A stretch of DNA of 64,000 bases from Lama glama (lineage: Eukaryota): contig CM052817.1 in assembly GCA_028534125.1 (NCBI GenBank), positions 19,346,001-19,410,000 on the forward strand. Reading direction: 5' to 3'. This document shows, piece by piece, positions 14,270-27,669 of the stretch. Both the position numbers and the translations under genes were made by a program. How positions within the stretch are numbered: position 1 is the stretch's first letter; every line of letters starts with the position of its first letter. The notes under the pieces are model-generated. The model did not search any database, was not told where the DNA came from, and saw only the letters and a program-made list of their open reading frames with translations.

Positions 14270-15370
14270 GCCATTAATTAAACTTATAAGCTTTTGCACA
14301 GCAAAGGAAACCATAAACTAACCAAAGAGACAACCAATGGACTAGGAGAAAATATTTGCAAATGATGAGACTTACAAGGGCTTAACTTCCAGAACATAAA
14401 AGCTGCCAATACATCTCAATAAGAAAGATAGAAACAACTCAATAAAAAAGATGGACAGAAGACCTGAAGAGACATTTATCCGGTGAAGATATACAGATGG
14501 CCAATATGCATATGAAAAGATGTTCAGTATTGCTAATTGTTAGAGAAACACAAATAACAACTACAATGAGGTATCACCTCACACCAGTCAGAATGGCCAT
14601 CATTAAAAAGTCCACAAACAATAAATGCTGAAGAGGGTGTGAAGAAAAAGAAGCCCTCTTACAATGTTGGTAGGAATGCAATTTGGTGCAGCCACTATGT
14701 AAAACAGTGTGAAGCTTCCTTAAAAAACTAAAAATAGAGTTGCTATATGATCCAACAATCCCACTCCTGGGCATATATCTGGAGAAAACTCTAATGCAAA
14801 ATGATATATGCACCCCAATGTTCACAGCAGCACTGTTTACAATAGTCAAGACATGGAAGCAACCTAAATGTCCATCAACCAATGAATGGATAAAGAAGCT
14901 GTGGTATATACGTATATAATGGAATACTTCTCAGCCATGAAAAAGAATGAAATAATGCCATTTGCAGCAACATGAGTGAGCTTAGAGGCTATCATACTAA
15001 GTGAAGTAAGTCAGACAGAGAAAGACAAGTATTATATGCTATCACTTACATGGGGAATCTAAAAAAAATGACACAAATGAACTCATCTATAAAACAGAAA
15101 GAGACCCATAAACATAGAAAGCAAACTTATGGTTACCAATTGGGAAAGGAAGAGGGAGCGATAAATTAGGAGTGTAGGATTTGCATACACTACTATATAT
15201 AAAATAGATAAACAATAAGGACCTACTGTATAGCACAGGGAGCTATGTTCCATAGCTTGTAATAACCTATAATGAAAAAGAATATATATATATTTATGTA
15301 AAACTGAATCACTATGCTATATACCAGAAACTAACACAGCATTGTAAATCAGCTATCCTTCAATAAAAAG
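14270..15370 (+). mobile_element. L1 3' end (about 1.1 kb, ORF2 C-terminus plus 3'UTR), inserted in an L2 remnant
   Basis: aagcttttgcacagcaaaggaaacc...tatcacctcacaccagtcagaatggccatcattaaaaagtc...caataaaaag. The minus-strand ORF 14574-14882 is the usual antisense L1 reading. Confidence 0.95.
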
Positions 15371-16025
15371 AATTAATTTTTAACTCCCTCAGATTCAACC
15401 ATTATTTTCATATCATTTCAAATGCTGTTCATTCTCTTTTCAATATCCATTTTGCAAGCTCAAAATGCCCTGCCTATCTAAAATATAGCAATAAAATCTC
15501 ATCTGGTAAACTATTCCAGATTTTTTCAGATACTCTCATTTCCTTCTTGTCCTATAAATAAAACTTCTATTACTATGAATGTAATTCTTTGTAACATGAA
15601 AACACACACACATTAACATTTTTTAATTCATTTTAGTGTTCTTGGGTCCTGGCCTAACCTTGGTGCTTGCTACACATAGCAGATACCCAGTCAACATGAA
15701 GAAAATCAGTCTCATTGACAGAGCTCTCTTTTGCTCCTACTTCACTTCAAGTCAGGGGTCCCTTCCTCCATGCCTTCTATGTACCAAGAACTATGCATAT
15801 TGGTTTTAGATCTTTCATGATGTGCGTACTTGTAGTGCTGTTACATGATTAAATGGTTTGATGTCTGTCACATGTATATATGTACAAGTGACTTTCTTTT
15901 AAGAATTATGGCAATAGGTTTGAACCATAAACAGTATTATTTAGTTTTTAAGATAGTCCTGGGATTTACAGGGCTCGTACTGTGTTGATGAATTTAGGAA
16001 TTATGGCTAGTATATTCATTGCACC

Positions 16026-16092
16026 TCTATCTATCTATCTATCTATCTATCTACCATCCATCCATCCGTCCATCTATGCATCCATCTACCAT
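16026..16092. repeat. (CTAT)n/(CCAT)n microsatellite
   Basis: Tandem tetramers. Confidence 0.9.
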
Positions 16093-16134
16093 TCATATTA
16101 CAAAGGAGAATTCTAACTGCAAAATGCATATATG

Positions 16135-16325
16135 TATATTCACTTAATTCTGATTATATGCCTATGAACTTAGTTTGATAGTATTATCGCCCTCTTTCTA
16201 CAAATGAATTCACTAGACAGAAATTAAGCGAACTTTTACAAGGTCACACGGGAAATAAATGGAGAAAACAGTATGTAAACCTAGGCAATCTGGCTTTGAA
16301 GTCTCTACTTTTAACTGCTATGTAT
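16135..16325 (-). mobile_element. MIR SINE fragment
   Basis: tattatcgccctctttctacaaatgaa...aaggtcacacgggaaataaatggag...aacctaggcaatctggct. Confidence 0.75.
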
Positions 16326-18314
16326 TGATTCTGTTATTAGTTGATAAAATAACCCAGACATTTAGGAGAACAGTGCAAAGATGAGTCTTCATTTAAAATT
16401 TAAAATCTCCTCAAACTTGTGTTTTCTGTATTGTAAACATAAAAAAAAAATTTTGTTATTGGGGATTGGGAAAGCATCATGGTGCCTCAATCAACTCTTT
16501 GGTGTCTCTCCTGGTGGAAAAACAGGTGGTACCAAGGAGAGACATGTGTGAGTAAGAGAGTATATATTTATGGAACACACTGGAGATTAAAAACTATTAT
16601 TATTTTTAGAAATTATATGGAATCACAGGGTCAAACTTAAGCAAATGGTGGTTGTCTTAAAGTAAAATTTGTTGAACAAGACAAGAAGGTAAAAAAAGAA
16701 AAAGATAATTTTAACATATACCAATTATTTTTACCTTGTAAAAATCTAAATAAATTCAATTCTTTGGAAAAAAATTTGTTTCTCTTTGTAACTCAGTGCA
16801 GCACTTCCCTAAATCAGCAATATTTTGTTCTGAAAATAGTGTTATGAATATATTTTGAATGCACTGTTTAAACATGTGGATTTTGCTGATTTTACATTGG
16901 AAATAGGGCACAGCTCACGCGAAGTATTAATTGATTTATAGCTAGCTCAGTTGACTGTGATTTCATGGAGCGCAAATGTACTTACAGTAAGTGTTATGAC
17001 CTCCCAGGGGAGAGTCCGTGATATTGAGCAAAACAGCTACTGGAGAAATATTAACCAATTTCTGCCTAGCTTCTAATGTGTCTGAAGAGAGCTTTTGTTT
17101 TGTAGACAATCTTGCTGCTTTCGCTATCATGTAGGATTTTAGCCAGGCTTAGAATAGTTTCCCATTAAGGGGGTTGGGGGTGGGGAAAGATGAATAAATG
17201 GGACTGTAAAATATTAAGATATGAGCAGAGAATAGGAAGGAAAAGAGGCAGGCAGCCAACCAAATCTCATTTATACACCATATTAGTCTGCGCTTCCCCT
17301 GTGTGCTTGACTACCAAATGCCTTCACTCTCTTTCTTCTCCATTCACTATCCCTCAGCTGGCTGGGCTGAAAAGATAAGGACACGTTTCCTTAGGGGAAT
17401 GAGTTCTTGTAACAGTTAATCGACCCGCTAAGGGCTGAAGCACCCAAGGTAAGGCGCCCCCATAGATCTGGAAAGGACAACCTGCCTCCCAGGAAGCATG
17501 ACTTTCCAGAGACATTTGGAAGTTTATTGATTTCAAGAGAACTGAAATCTCGGATGTATGTGCTGTTTTCTCAGAGGAGTTTATCAGAGCACTATGACAT
17601 TTCTGGCTCTGTGTCTCCACTTTGGGTAACAGGAGAGAGTCATTGTCACCACTTAAATATTAGACTGGGACAACGAATATCACAGAGGGTTTTTTTAAAA
17701 TATGAAATACATCTTTCTTATGGAAATGTTCTCATTATTAATAGTGACATAATTATGCTGATAATTATCTTTTATCCCATTTCCTCTCTAGCTTTCATGG
17801 TCCCAGAATGTGTCTAACTCACCTTTGTATCTCTTTAAGTCCTGAGAATGTGCCCTGCCTTTAATATAGGTTCTCAATATGAAAAAGAGATTGTTCTCTA
17901 AAATCCATGTAGCTCCTGAAATAAATCAATAAAAGGCACCAAAATATCAACTTAAAATCAACTTTTGAATCTTATTTTTTAATTTGTTTTTTAAACAATG
18001 TCAAGTCCATATAATGTGTCTAATAGTCTTGATTACTTTCACAAGCTTTCCTTAAAAAGTTAATTTTGCATTCAGTCTACCTTGAAACACTCTTGCCAGT
18101 CTCATCATCATTTTAAAGTGAAGAAAAGAAGTACCCAACATTTAAATGTTTTTAACATTGAACAGTAGAATTCAGACCCAGCAAACTGGAGCCTAAGATT
18201 AGAGTTTTTGTCCTGTGATACCATGCCTAGATTATTTTTTTCAAATATTTAATCTTAAAAGCCAGCAAGCAATCATCTTAAACAGGAATTTTGTAGTTTG
18301 TTTATTTTCATTAT

Positions 18315-18352
18315 GTATATATATATATATATACACACATATATATATGTAT
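18315..18352. repeat. (TA)n microsatellite
   Basis: TA run with a CA interruption. Confidence 0.9.
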
Positions 18353-19204
18353 ACCTTTTAAATGTCAGAGTGTGGAAAATACAAGTGATTACAGGGGATA
18401 AGGGACTTAAAATGACTTGACACCAGGTTTTACAGAATTCTGGGGGGGGGGACATTCTAAAAGCATACCACCTAGAAGGCAGAAAACTCTAGTGCAAATT
18501 GATATAAAAATATCTATCAGAGCATTTGTTTTCATTGCTACCTTGCACGTTTAAAATTGTCTGCCATATTCTGAATTAGAACAAGAAATATGTGTTTGCT
18601 CATCTCTTTGATAACTGGTTAATTGAATCAAACTTCTTGACTACCTTAACTTAGGATAAGATATGCCAAAGCTTCTTAGATAAAAATCTTTTAAGTTTAT
18701 ATATCATATTTTATGAATGTTATTAATTTAAATCTGATGAATGGTTAGATTTTTAACATGCATTTTTGTAGGCATTTCTAGACACTGTAATGCTATTTTG
18801 ATAAAACTTAATGAATCAAGTTATCATTTGCATGGTCTAGAGGACTATTATGAATGTATTTAAATTTTTTTTAAACTATCTCCTAGAAGTCAATATAACT
18901 GCAGTTAGAAGGATATGCTTTATTTTCAGAGAAAGCATGCAAGGAGAATATTTTTTTCAAACTATGGTTTAATGTGTCCATTGAGTTAATCTTGACACAG
19001 ATTCTCCAATCTCTGCCTCCTTGGTTGTCTCTTTAATAGGCAATGGAATAGATGGAATACTTTAAGATAGAATAGGTAGGAAAGGATAGGTAGAATACAA
19101 TAGACTGACCTGGAATAAAATATAATAAAATATAGTAGAGGTTATCATAGATAATGAAGGTTAATGTTATTTTGTGAAATATTCATACAAAATTATGTAT
19201 TCAT

Positions 19205-19649
19205 ATCTTATCCAGCAGAAGGAATTCTCCAGGAAGTAGAATCTGTGACAAAGTTTAGTGTAAGGGGAAGGTTTATAAGTGAATGCCCTCGGGGAGTGTG
19301 TGAGAGGCACCTGGCGAAAGAAGAAGTATATTGGGCAATTGGAGAGGTCAAGATGCCATGCCATCTCCATGGAAACCTAGGCTGACCTTGCGCAGGGTGA
19401 TGAAGGCATGAAGTCCCTTCAGAACTATACTGAGGAGGGGAAAGGGGATTGTGTCTTTATCCCCTTCCCCACATGTTAATCAGTCATTGGATGCAAGCTG
19501 CTCAGGGAATCTTGAGTGAAGTGGTCCTTTTCAGTTGAGATAATTCACAAAGAGGATTCCTAATATTTGAATATTTTTGGCCAGCAGCACACCCAGTAGG
19601 CTCTTTATTCATGGAGGGAGATCTTAGCGGAGTATCACAGCATCCATCA
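19205..19649 (-). mobile_element. ERVL solo LTR (LTR33/LTR16-like)
   Basis: The reverse complement begins tgatggatgctgtgatactccgctaagatctccctcc, similar to the LTR33 5' end. cagtcattggatgcaagctg is also present. Confidence 0.7.
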
Positions 19650-19693
19650 AATCTTGTAACAATTCTAAAATGCTCACCTTTTGGATTAAGACA

Positions 19694-20136
19694 GATAGTA
19701 ATTTAGCAGTGTTCCTCTCAAATTCTTGAGCATCTGTAGCCCCAAAATATGATCTTATTTAGAAAGAGGGTCTTTGCAGATGTAATAAAGATAAGGATTG
19801 GGATAAAATAATACTGGCATAGTGTGGGCTCTAAATCCAACGAGAATATAAGAGACAGAAAAGGACACACAGAGACACATGGAAGGAGGCCATATGATGC
19901 TGCAGGCAGAAATTAGAAAGAGTTATGTAGCCACAAGACAAGGAAATGCCTGCAGACACCAGAAGCTGCAAGAGGTAAGGACGATTTCTTATTTACAAAC
20001 TTTGGAGGGATTGCAGCGCTTCTGAAAACTTGATTTTGGACTTCTGGCCTCTAGACTTTTGAAAGAATAAATTTTTGTTGTTTTAAGCCACGAAGTTTGT
20101 AGTAATTTGATACAGCAGCCTTAGGAAATTAACAAA
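19694..20136 (+). mobile_element. MaLR solo LTR (MLT1B/C-like)
   Basis: agggtctttgcagatgtaat, ctaaatccaa, caccagaagctg, ggacttctggcctctagac, aataaatttttgttgttttaagccac. Confidence 0.88.
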
Positions 20137-20906
20137 CACATTTCTACCATTTTTAGGTTTCTCTGTCCCTAACCCTAACCAATTATCCCTAACTCTAAAA
20201 CCAACATTTTCATGTAAACTGTTGAATCTGATCATAGAAAGTAAAATGAGTTTGTTTCTCACTACTAAACTTATTAGAGTATATAAAGGAATCTTATATC
20301 ATTTACATATTTTAATTTTTTAAGTATTTTTAGCAAGAAAATGTAATCTAGCTGGCAGTTGGAAATTAATACTTTGGCTCTTGATCTTGAGGCAAATGAA
20401 TTAAGTTTTTCACAAAGAAAACTATTGAATACAAATCCTTGGCATAAACAAACTTTCATTTTCATACCATTAATGCTCAACAACAAAAACAATAGCATAA
20501 TACATTACTTCTAGAGGGTTTTGCATATACCACTACTTAAATGTTTGTTGAAGGGAAGAAGGGAGGGAGGAAGGAAGAAAAGGAAGAAAAAAGGAAAGAC
20601 GGATAAAAGCTAAAAAGAAAGAAAAGATGTATTTTATAATCTGTAAAATTACCTATTCTAGGAAATGTCTGCTGAGAGCTGGGCATAGAAAAGATATAAA
20701 AATAAAACTTATGGCAAAATTCTGCAGACACCTTTTCCTGATGCTTTACCTTTTTAATTCTTTTTATCTCGCTAGTGGGTCACAAGGAGATTTCAGGGAA
20801 GGTAATCGATCTTTTTGTTGTTGTTGTTTCGATTGACAAGGCCCATGGGAGGAAAAGATTTCTGAAAGAGAAAAACATATATATAATTCAGATTGAGGTT
20901 GAAATG

Positions 20907-20934
20907 TATAATAATAACAATAATAATAATAATA
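20907..20934. repeat. (AAT)n microsatellite
   Basis: Tandem aat units. Confidence 0.85.
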
Positions 20935-22104
20935 TATTTGTACTGCAGTTCATAATACCCTTAGTGCCTTTATAGGCATATACTCATGAAATAACCTACG
21001 TAAAAGTTTAACACAATCTATGTGCTCAGGTGGCACCTGCTCAGTCTCCTTTATTGCCTCTTTCATGTCAATTCATTTCCTATTTTTGGAAGATGCTTGG
21101 GTGTGATTTTCTGCCTCGACACTGTATTTCACTGAACTAACTCATATGGCTTAAACATGACTGAAGTCACAGCAAGTAAAGCTCTGTAACTAACACAGAT
21201 TTTTGTTTGCATGTAGGAAATGTGCTCCTCTGGGACAAAATCACAGATGCACAAATGCTTGGAGCCCTCCGCCTTCTCCCAGGAGGGCTGGCTTGCACTT
21301 CCAGGAGGCATTTCTCAGGGTGGAGGGAGGGCTTTTAAAAAGATGTGCTTAACCTCTGCTTTTGCTCAGAGTGTGGCTTTAAGCACCAGCTTTTCTCTGT
21401 CTACTGTAGACGCTCCTTGGCTCAACCACTGCCCAGGGAGCAATATTCCTATTTACCAAAGAAGGTAATAGTGTAAATCAAATGATTGTTGTAACTGTCT
21501 AGATGGACTATTGTCTCATGCTGGGCCACTGGAAATCCATATTACCTGCCAGATCACACCCAAGTAACTCATATTATCCTTTTTTTTTTCCCCTGAGTTG
21601 AAACCCTTGCCTTAACTCCTCGCTCTAAAGCTATGCTGACATAATAAAGAGTACTTGATATAAGCACTTCTCCTCGCTCTTGTGTGAGGGAAGGCAACAT
21701 GCAGGCTACGAATACTGGTAATATTAATGTGATTTTGCACAAAAAACAGGATGCAGAAGCCACCAAATGCCTGTAGGAACTAGAGGAAGGTTGTTGGAGT
21801 TTTGTGGCTTAAACCAAAAGTGTTGCTGGAATACCACGAATCCAGCACCGTGATTTCCGGTGGGAAAAACAGACAGGCCAGTCTGCCCTCACCAAATGGC
21901 TCGGAGGCCTAGAGCATCCATCCGAAGCTGCTCCTAAAACACTTCACTGAGACCAGGAATCTTTTCGGTTGACTGAGATGCTTTCCTCTACAAAGCAGAA
22001 TAAATACAGCTGCCGGTCCACTAGCCCATCGGGTCATCTGTGGTGATGTATTTCTCCCTTCTATAATGGAAGCTGTGGGCTCCTCTTCAGAAAGCCACTG
22101 TAGT

Positions 22105-22230
22105 TCTACTAGAATAGCATCTCCACGAGAGCAGATGAGTGGTCTGTTTGGTTTACTGCTGCATTCCCAGGGTTTACAACAGCACCTGGCATATGAGAGG
22201 AGGTTAATACATGTGTGTTAGATGAATAAC
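22105..22230 (+). mobile_element. L2 LINE 3' tail
   Basis: ctccacgagagcag...tactgctgcattcccagg...acagcacctggcata...gatgaataa. Confidence 0.75.
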
Positions 22231-22599
22231 TTCTGTCAGGTCTAAAGTGTCCTTATCCAAAATCTGTTATGAATTTTGAGTAATTGATACTTATCCTAAA
22301 ATACATACTTGACTCACCCTTTAGAACAGACTATAAAATATTCACAATGCGATCTGAATAAAGAAGATGTGATAATTGAATTATTTTATCCATGATTCAA
22401 ATGGTAGGTGTTTTCTCCATATTTCTTATTTGCTGAGCACTGTGCACGCTGCTGACAGCTGCGATAGAAATATTAAACTTGGTCCCTGCAGTATGTAACT
22501 TAGATTTCAATTGCAAATATAGGGATGAAACTTGAAATGTATTGGGATAAATAAAGACTATTTTTTAATAAGTGCCTAATGTAAGGCATAGATTAGTAT

Positions 22600-22910
22600 G
22601 GCTGATCTGAGAAAAAGCCATTTGGGTTTTTCTCTCAAGGAAGGACTTGTCCCAGCTACTGGGAATGTGGTCAGCAGATACCCTCCAGCTGCTGGTCCTT
22701 GAGTTTGCCTAAGGGTTTGTCTCAACTGCAGAGAGACTGCTCACTGGGAGGTTTCTCTATTGCTTTGGCCACTCACGTCTGGTGACTGCGTGAGTCAAGC
22801 GCAGAAATATTGGGCATTTTGGCCCAATGTTGGCCAGTGCTCACTCCACGTTCTCCCCAGAGGCTGACCAAGGCTTTTCTGGGCCTGCACAGCAATTCAA
22901 TTTCTTCACA
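22600..22910 (+). mobile_element. ERVL solo LTR fragment (LTR33/LTR16-like)
   Basis: cccagctactgggaatgtggtcagcaga...tctcaactgcagagag resembles the LTR33 body. Confidence 0.6.
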
Positions 22911-23054
22911 TAAACTGTGGCCTTCAAAATAGCTAGAGGATAAAAAGATAACAGATTGAAAAAAAGATAAAAGATAAAAGAAGATAAAAAGAAAAAAATT
23001 GGTAGTATGAAAAGCCAATGGACTTGGCAACGAGAGCATTGATGGGGAAGCGAT

Positions 23055-23290
23055 ATTAAGAAAATAATGGTTAAAGCTATGCATTGAGCAGACTCTGTGC
23101 CTTGCCCTGTGCTAACTGGTTTACACAGTTTATACATATTATTTCATTTAATATCTGAAGCAACACAGTAAGTTAGGCATTAACACCCATGTTTTATGGA
23201 TTAGGAAAGTTATGCACAGAGAAGACAAAAATTTTCCTATGTCAGTGAGTGGCAGAGTTGTTTTTTAAACCTGGTTTGATGAACTCAGAC
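23055..23290 (-). mobile_element. MIR SINE
   Basis: cattgagcagactctgtgcc...gtgcta...atttcatttaat...cccatgttttatggattaggaaa. Confidence 0.75.
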
Positions 23291-23685
23291 AATTCTTTTA
23301 ACTAGTTTTAAGTTCAATTTGGAAGCAGTAACCAGATCATTTAAAGGGTAACAGTTATTAATAGACTGTCTAGAAAAGGGGTTTAAAAAAGCCTTGGATG
23401 TGGGCTTCTCTCTTTTCATACCCTCGCCTCTCACATCCTTATAACATAGGGGCTTGTAATTGGGTTAGCATCTTCCTCTGGATACTTTCTTTCTACTTCT
23501 AGACCTAGACTATTTCTTGCAAAAAACCTTTTGACAATTACATCTCCTAATGATACCAATTCTATCCCATCCTCACAACTTTTGCTTCCTTATAAACTTT
23601 GGCACCTGGATCATAAGTTAACTTCAACCCTTTTCTTTAATGATGGGCAACATTAAGATCTGCACAAAGGGACCATTTGAAAGTG

Positions 23686-23917
23686 TGTATGGAATCTAAA
23701 AATAAAAGACAAATGAACTTATTTGCAAAACAGAAACAGACTCACAGCCATAGAAAACAAACTTATGGTTATGGGGTTGGAAAGGGGAAGTGGGTGGGAA
23801 TGGATAAATTGGGAGTTTGAGATTTACAGTTACTAACTACTATATATAAAATAGATAAACAACAAGGGGACAACATTGTAAACTGACTATACTTCAATTT
23901 GAAAAAATCAAAAAAAA
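23686..23917 (+). mobile_element. Short L1 3'UTR insertion with an internal deletion
   Basis: tggaatctaaa...cagaaacagactcacagccatagaaaacaaacttatgg...aactgactatacttcaat and an A-tail. agtgtg on both flanks is a possible TSD. Confidence 0.9.
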
Positions 23918-25665
23918 TGAGTGTGGGTTTCCTTAACCTTGTATCTTCAACCACTTTCTGCTCTTTTCTACTTAAACAATCTATTCTTAGGATAACATAC
24001 TAAACTATCTCATGGTCCAGAGATGTGACATCTTTCATATCTCAAATTTTGATATTTCTCTGATTGATTCTTAATAACTACTCGTTCAAAATCCCCACTT
24101 CTCCCACTGAGGTTGGTGTTCGGCTGAATATTGCCAAAACAGCACTTTACTTTCCTGCCTTCACTATTATAGAATTCCATCTGACTTCATTTTCCTTCCA
24201 ATTTAACAAAGAAACTTGGCTTAATCATTTCAATGCTACTCTTATTAACATCCTTTATTATTATATTTTTAATGCCTGTATTTCTTATATGCAGGCTCTA
24301 AATTGCCAGTGCTGTGTCAACCAACTATACTTATTATCTGTGGTACAAGGAAGAGGCCAATCTGAAAACAACCCTCACTCGAGGTTTACCAGAAGAGTGA
24401 GCTATCCGGACTCTTTCTCCAAGTAAAAGAGATGCTCTCAAGCTAGATTTTGCACGGAGTCAATGTTTGTCTCCTCCTCCAGATGACAGGACCACAACTT
24501 TCCATGGGCCCTGGTCTCTACGTGCTAGATGCCTGGCATTCTCAGATAATTTCTAGAAGTAGCTGCTCCCAAACCCAGATTGCTTTTCACCACAATGGTT
24601 ATTTTACTTCCAAGGATCTACAAATAGAAAAAGCAATAGCATGTGGGTGTTATGTGATATTTCTAATATCTATAGTTATTCTTATTATTTTGAAAGTAGA
24701 CCCAAGGCTTCTGGGGCAGGGAGGGAGAGATTATAATTATTACAGCAATAACCACATTGATTCCTCGTTGGCTCAATTCTTTTCTCTTTCAGAGCAATGT
24801 GATGAGAGTCAGTGTCACCCTGCATGTCCTGGGGCCTGTATGGCAGAAGAGAAAGCCTGAAAATATGAATCTGGCACATTAATTACATCTTGCCTCCTTC
24901 ACCTCTTGAAAGAAGGAGCGAACTTTAATCTCTCTAATGTAAACAAATTCTCCTGGGGAAGAAAAGGATAAAGACCTGGGTTCTTGAACTCTGGAATGGA
25001 AATCAATGTTTGCAAGGGAAAATATGACAAATTTGCAGGTTTACAACCCCTGAAATTTCTCCATGGCTTCTGAGGCGAGATAAGTTTTACTATCATTTGA
25101 ACAGGAGTAGATGGCTCGAGATCTAACATGCTTAAAAAGATGAAGAACTCATACGTCTGGGGTAAAGGAGACCTCCTCTAACATACCAGTTTATGTAACT
25201 CAAGAAGCCAAAATGTAGAAAAATGTTTTTAAAAAAATCTCTAAATTCCTGAAATATTCAGTAACATAAGTACATTCTTAGGGTCCAAATACACCTGATC
25301 CCACTCACATAAGGGAAGAGCAGCAAACTCATAATCTCTCTTGCTAATTTTAAACTTTGGAGACTCTCTAATGAAATGTGTTTCATATCCCATTCCATGT
25401 GATACAATGGAAGTTATCCAGAGCTTAGTTCCCTAAATGTGGTCACTATGAAGAATCAATCTTGCACACATTCTTTTCTGGATTTCCTACCCCCGCATTA
25501 TCTGGTATTTTTCACCAGCTGGTCTCTCGACATTGCTCAGCAAGGATTTTGCTCAGGTTTAAACAACTACATTCCTGATTCCCTAATAAAGCCTGTTTTG
25601 TAAGCTCAAAAATCCTCTAAATTTCAGCAGTATTTTAGGCATAATAAATTCCTTCCCTTTTTTAT

Positions 25666-25685
25666 CACACACACACACACACACA
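25666..25685. repeat. (CA)n microsatellite
   Basis: Perfect CA run. Confidence 0.9.
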
Positions 25686-25844
25686 ATTATCAATACTCTT
25701 ATCTCTCCATCCTTTCATCATTACTCAGCTCCAATACTAAGCCTTCCACTATCCCCTTGATCCTAACTCCATCTACCAGATCCAGAAGCATCACAATAAA
25801 GATCATGTTTTCTTACTCTAACAAAGTTGCATTTAAATATCCTT

Positions 25845-25975
25845 CCTGCAATTGTGAGCTAGGTGATCTTGGTCATATAATAAATGGTTCAGTTTCCTCT
25901 ATGGAAAACTGAAGGTATTAATCTTCAGTTTTCTTCCGGAGGACAGTTAAAAGAGATAATGTATGTAAAGTGCAT
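25845..25975 (+). mobile_element. MIR SINE fragment
   Basis: gtgatcttggtca...tcagtttcctctatggaaaa...gagataatgtatgtaaagtgc. Confidence 0.6.
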
Positions 25976-26039
25976 GTCCTTCACCTACCTTAACCTCACC
26001 AGAAAAAAGAAAAAGACAAGAAAAGAAAGTCCTTAATAA

Positions 26040-26480
26040 GACAGTTTCCCTTAATAGATAATTTTCTGGCTCATACCACTCTCCAGTTGTGTAACTCCTT
26101 CCGTTCTGTCTTTTCTTTTCATTGCTAAGCCCCTTGAAAACCTAATATTTATTTGCTCGCTTTTCTCACTGCACTCAGAGCCTCATCTCCAACTCTTTCC
26201 TCCTTCTCCCATTGTTTTGTGCTCAGTCATGACTTTCTAATGACTGAATTCACATGAACTCTTCTCAGTTCACAACGTATTTTACCATTCTGTAATATTT
26301 ACAGGCAGAGCCCATATTGTCTTAAAACCATGCTTTCCCAAGTTTTCCGAGAGCATATTCTCTTCGAATTCTTCATCTACTTCACTGAGCTCTCTTTGTC
26401 ATCCCCTTTGGTCTGCTACTTTCCCTTGTATATATGTGTCTCCTGGAAGCGTTGTCTTCCTGGTTTATCTCTTGTTGCAG
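26040..26480 (+). mobile_element. L2 LINE internal fragment
   Basis: Pyrimidine-rich, with cttctcagttc...ttttaccattctgtaatatttaca and tcttcatctacttcactga L2-like motifs. Confidence 0.5.
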
Positions 26481-27669
26481 TCGATGTCTGTAAGCTAATC
26501 ACTAACAACAAGTCTCCTCTTTCCTGGACTTAAAAATGTCCCTCTGCACATACTTTTTGTTTGTTGTTTTGGTTTGCCCATCTGGCAAATTATTGGTTGT
26601 AACATCACTTTCAACCCTAACTAGGTAACCCCAAATCAAATGTATAACTTTAAGTGATAAAACTCTTTTATCAAAGGATTTCCTGTGTAACCCAATTGAA
26701 TGAAGAAATAAACACGGGAGAAGAGAAAAAATGAGCAGCACAGAAGAAAACAAGCATAATTCTATAGTCTACCCTCTGAGTGAGCTGGATTGCTATGTGT
26801 GTGCTTGTTTTGTAAAATTGCAAGAAAAAGAAGCAGTGTTCTTTATCATATTCATAATATCTTTAGCCTTTTATCTTTAAAAAGTCTTCTGAAAAGGCTC
26901 TCCGAGTTCATAAGGTGTTAAAGCAACACTCTACCATTCACTCAAGAGCAAAATGAGTGCCTAGGAAAGGAAAAAAGAGCATGTTTTTGACTTGACTTTT
27001 CCTGAAAAAAAAATTGTCCCTAAAATGTCACAAGCACATAAATGCATATCCCTGACTCTGAAGAGGTCTTATTCATTGTTCCCCCAATTTGCATCTGTTT
27101 GACTAGTTTTATGAATTCTTAATTAAACCTTTGTTCACAGAAAAGTAATATTTGGTGAATCTAATTATTTCTTGATTTGATATAAGTTAGAAAAAAACCT
27201 TGCCTCTGTTTTCCCTCTCCTCCTTTTCCTCACACCTGAGCTTCCATCTTCATATGACACAGTCAGTATTGCCTGAAAACTATTTCTTCTACTAAGGCTG
27301 TCTTTGCCCACATCAACGTCTGGTGCCACACTTCTGGCCACTCTGCATTTTATCCTGTGTTCTGCTCCCTGGTCCTTCTGTGACCCCAGCCTTCCGGCCT
27401 CTCTAACAGCTCCCACTGAGTAGCTCACAGCTTTTCTCACTTCTCCCACACACAGCCACCTCCTGGCACAATCTTCCTTCAAGGGCTTAGAGCTGCTACT
27501 AAGAAACAGAAACTTATACAAGTGAATAAAAACAACAACACAAACCCTATAGCTGTGCACTAGAGGACAAATCAGATGTTCCTATGCAATAACCTTTAAT
27601 TTTTTAAAGATCTTCAGAGAATAGACTTGTGTCTTCAGCTAGGAATCAAATAAAGGGAGATACCACATC

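Noticed and set aside
21546..21770. 225-nt minus-strand exon
   Set aside because: Moderate donor (gtaata), stops in the frames examined and no recognisable product
24064..24860. Two adjacent longer ORFs (120 and 136 aa)
   Set aside because: Both have TTG starts, no recognisable domain and no convincing flanking splice sites
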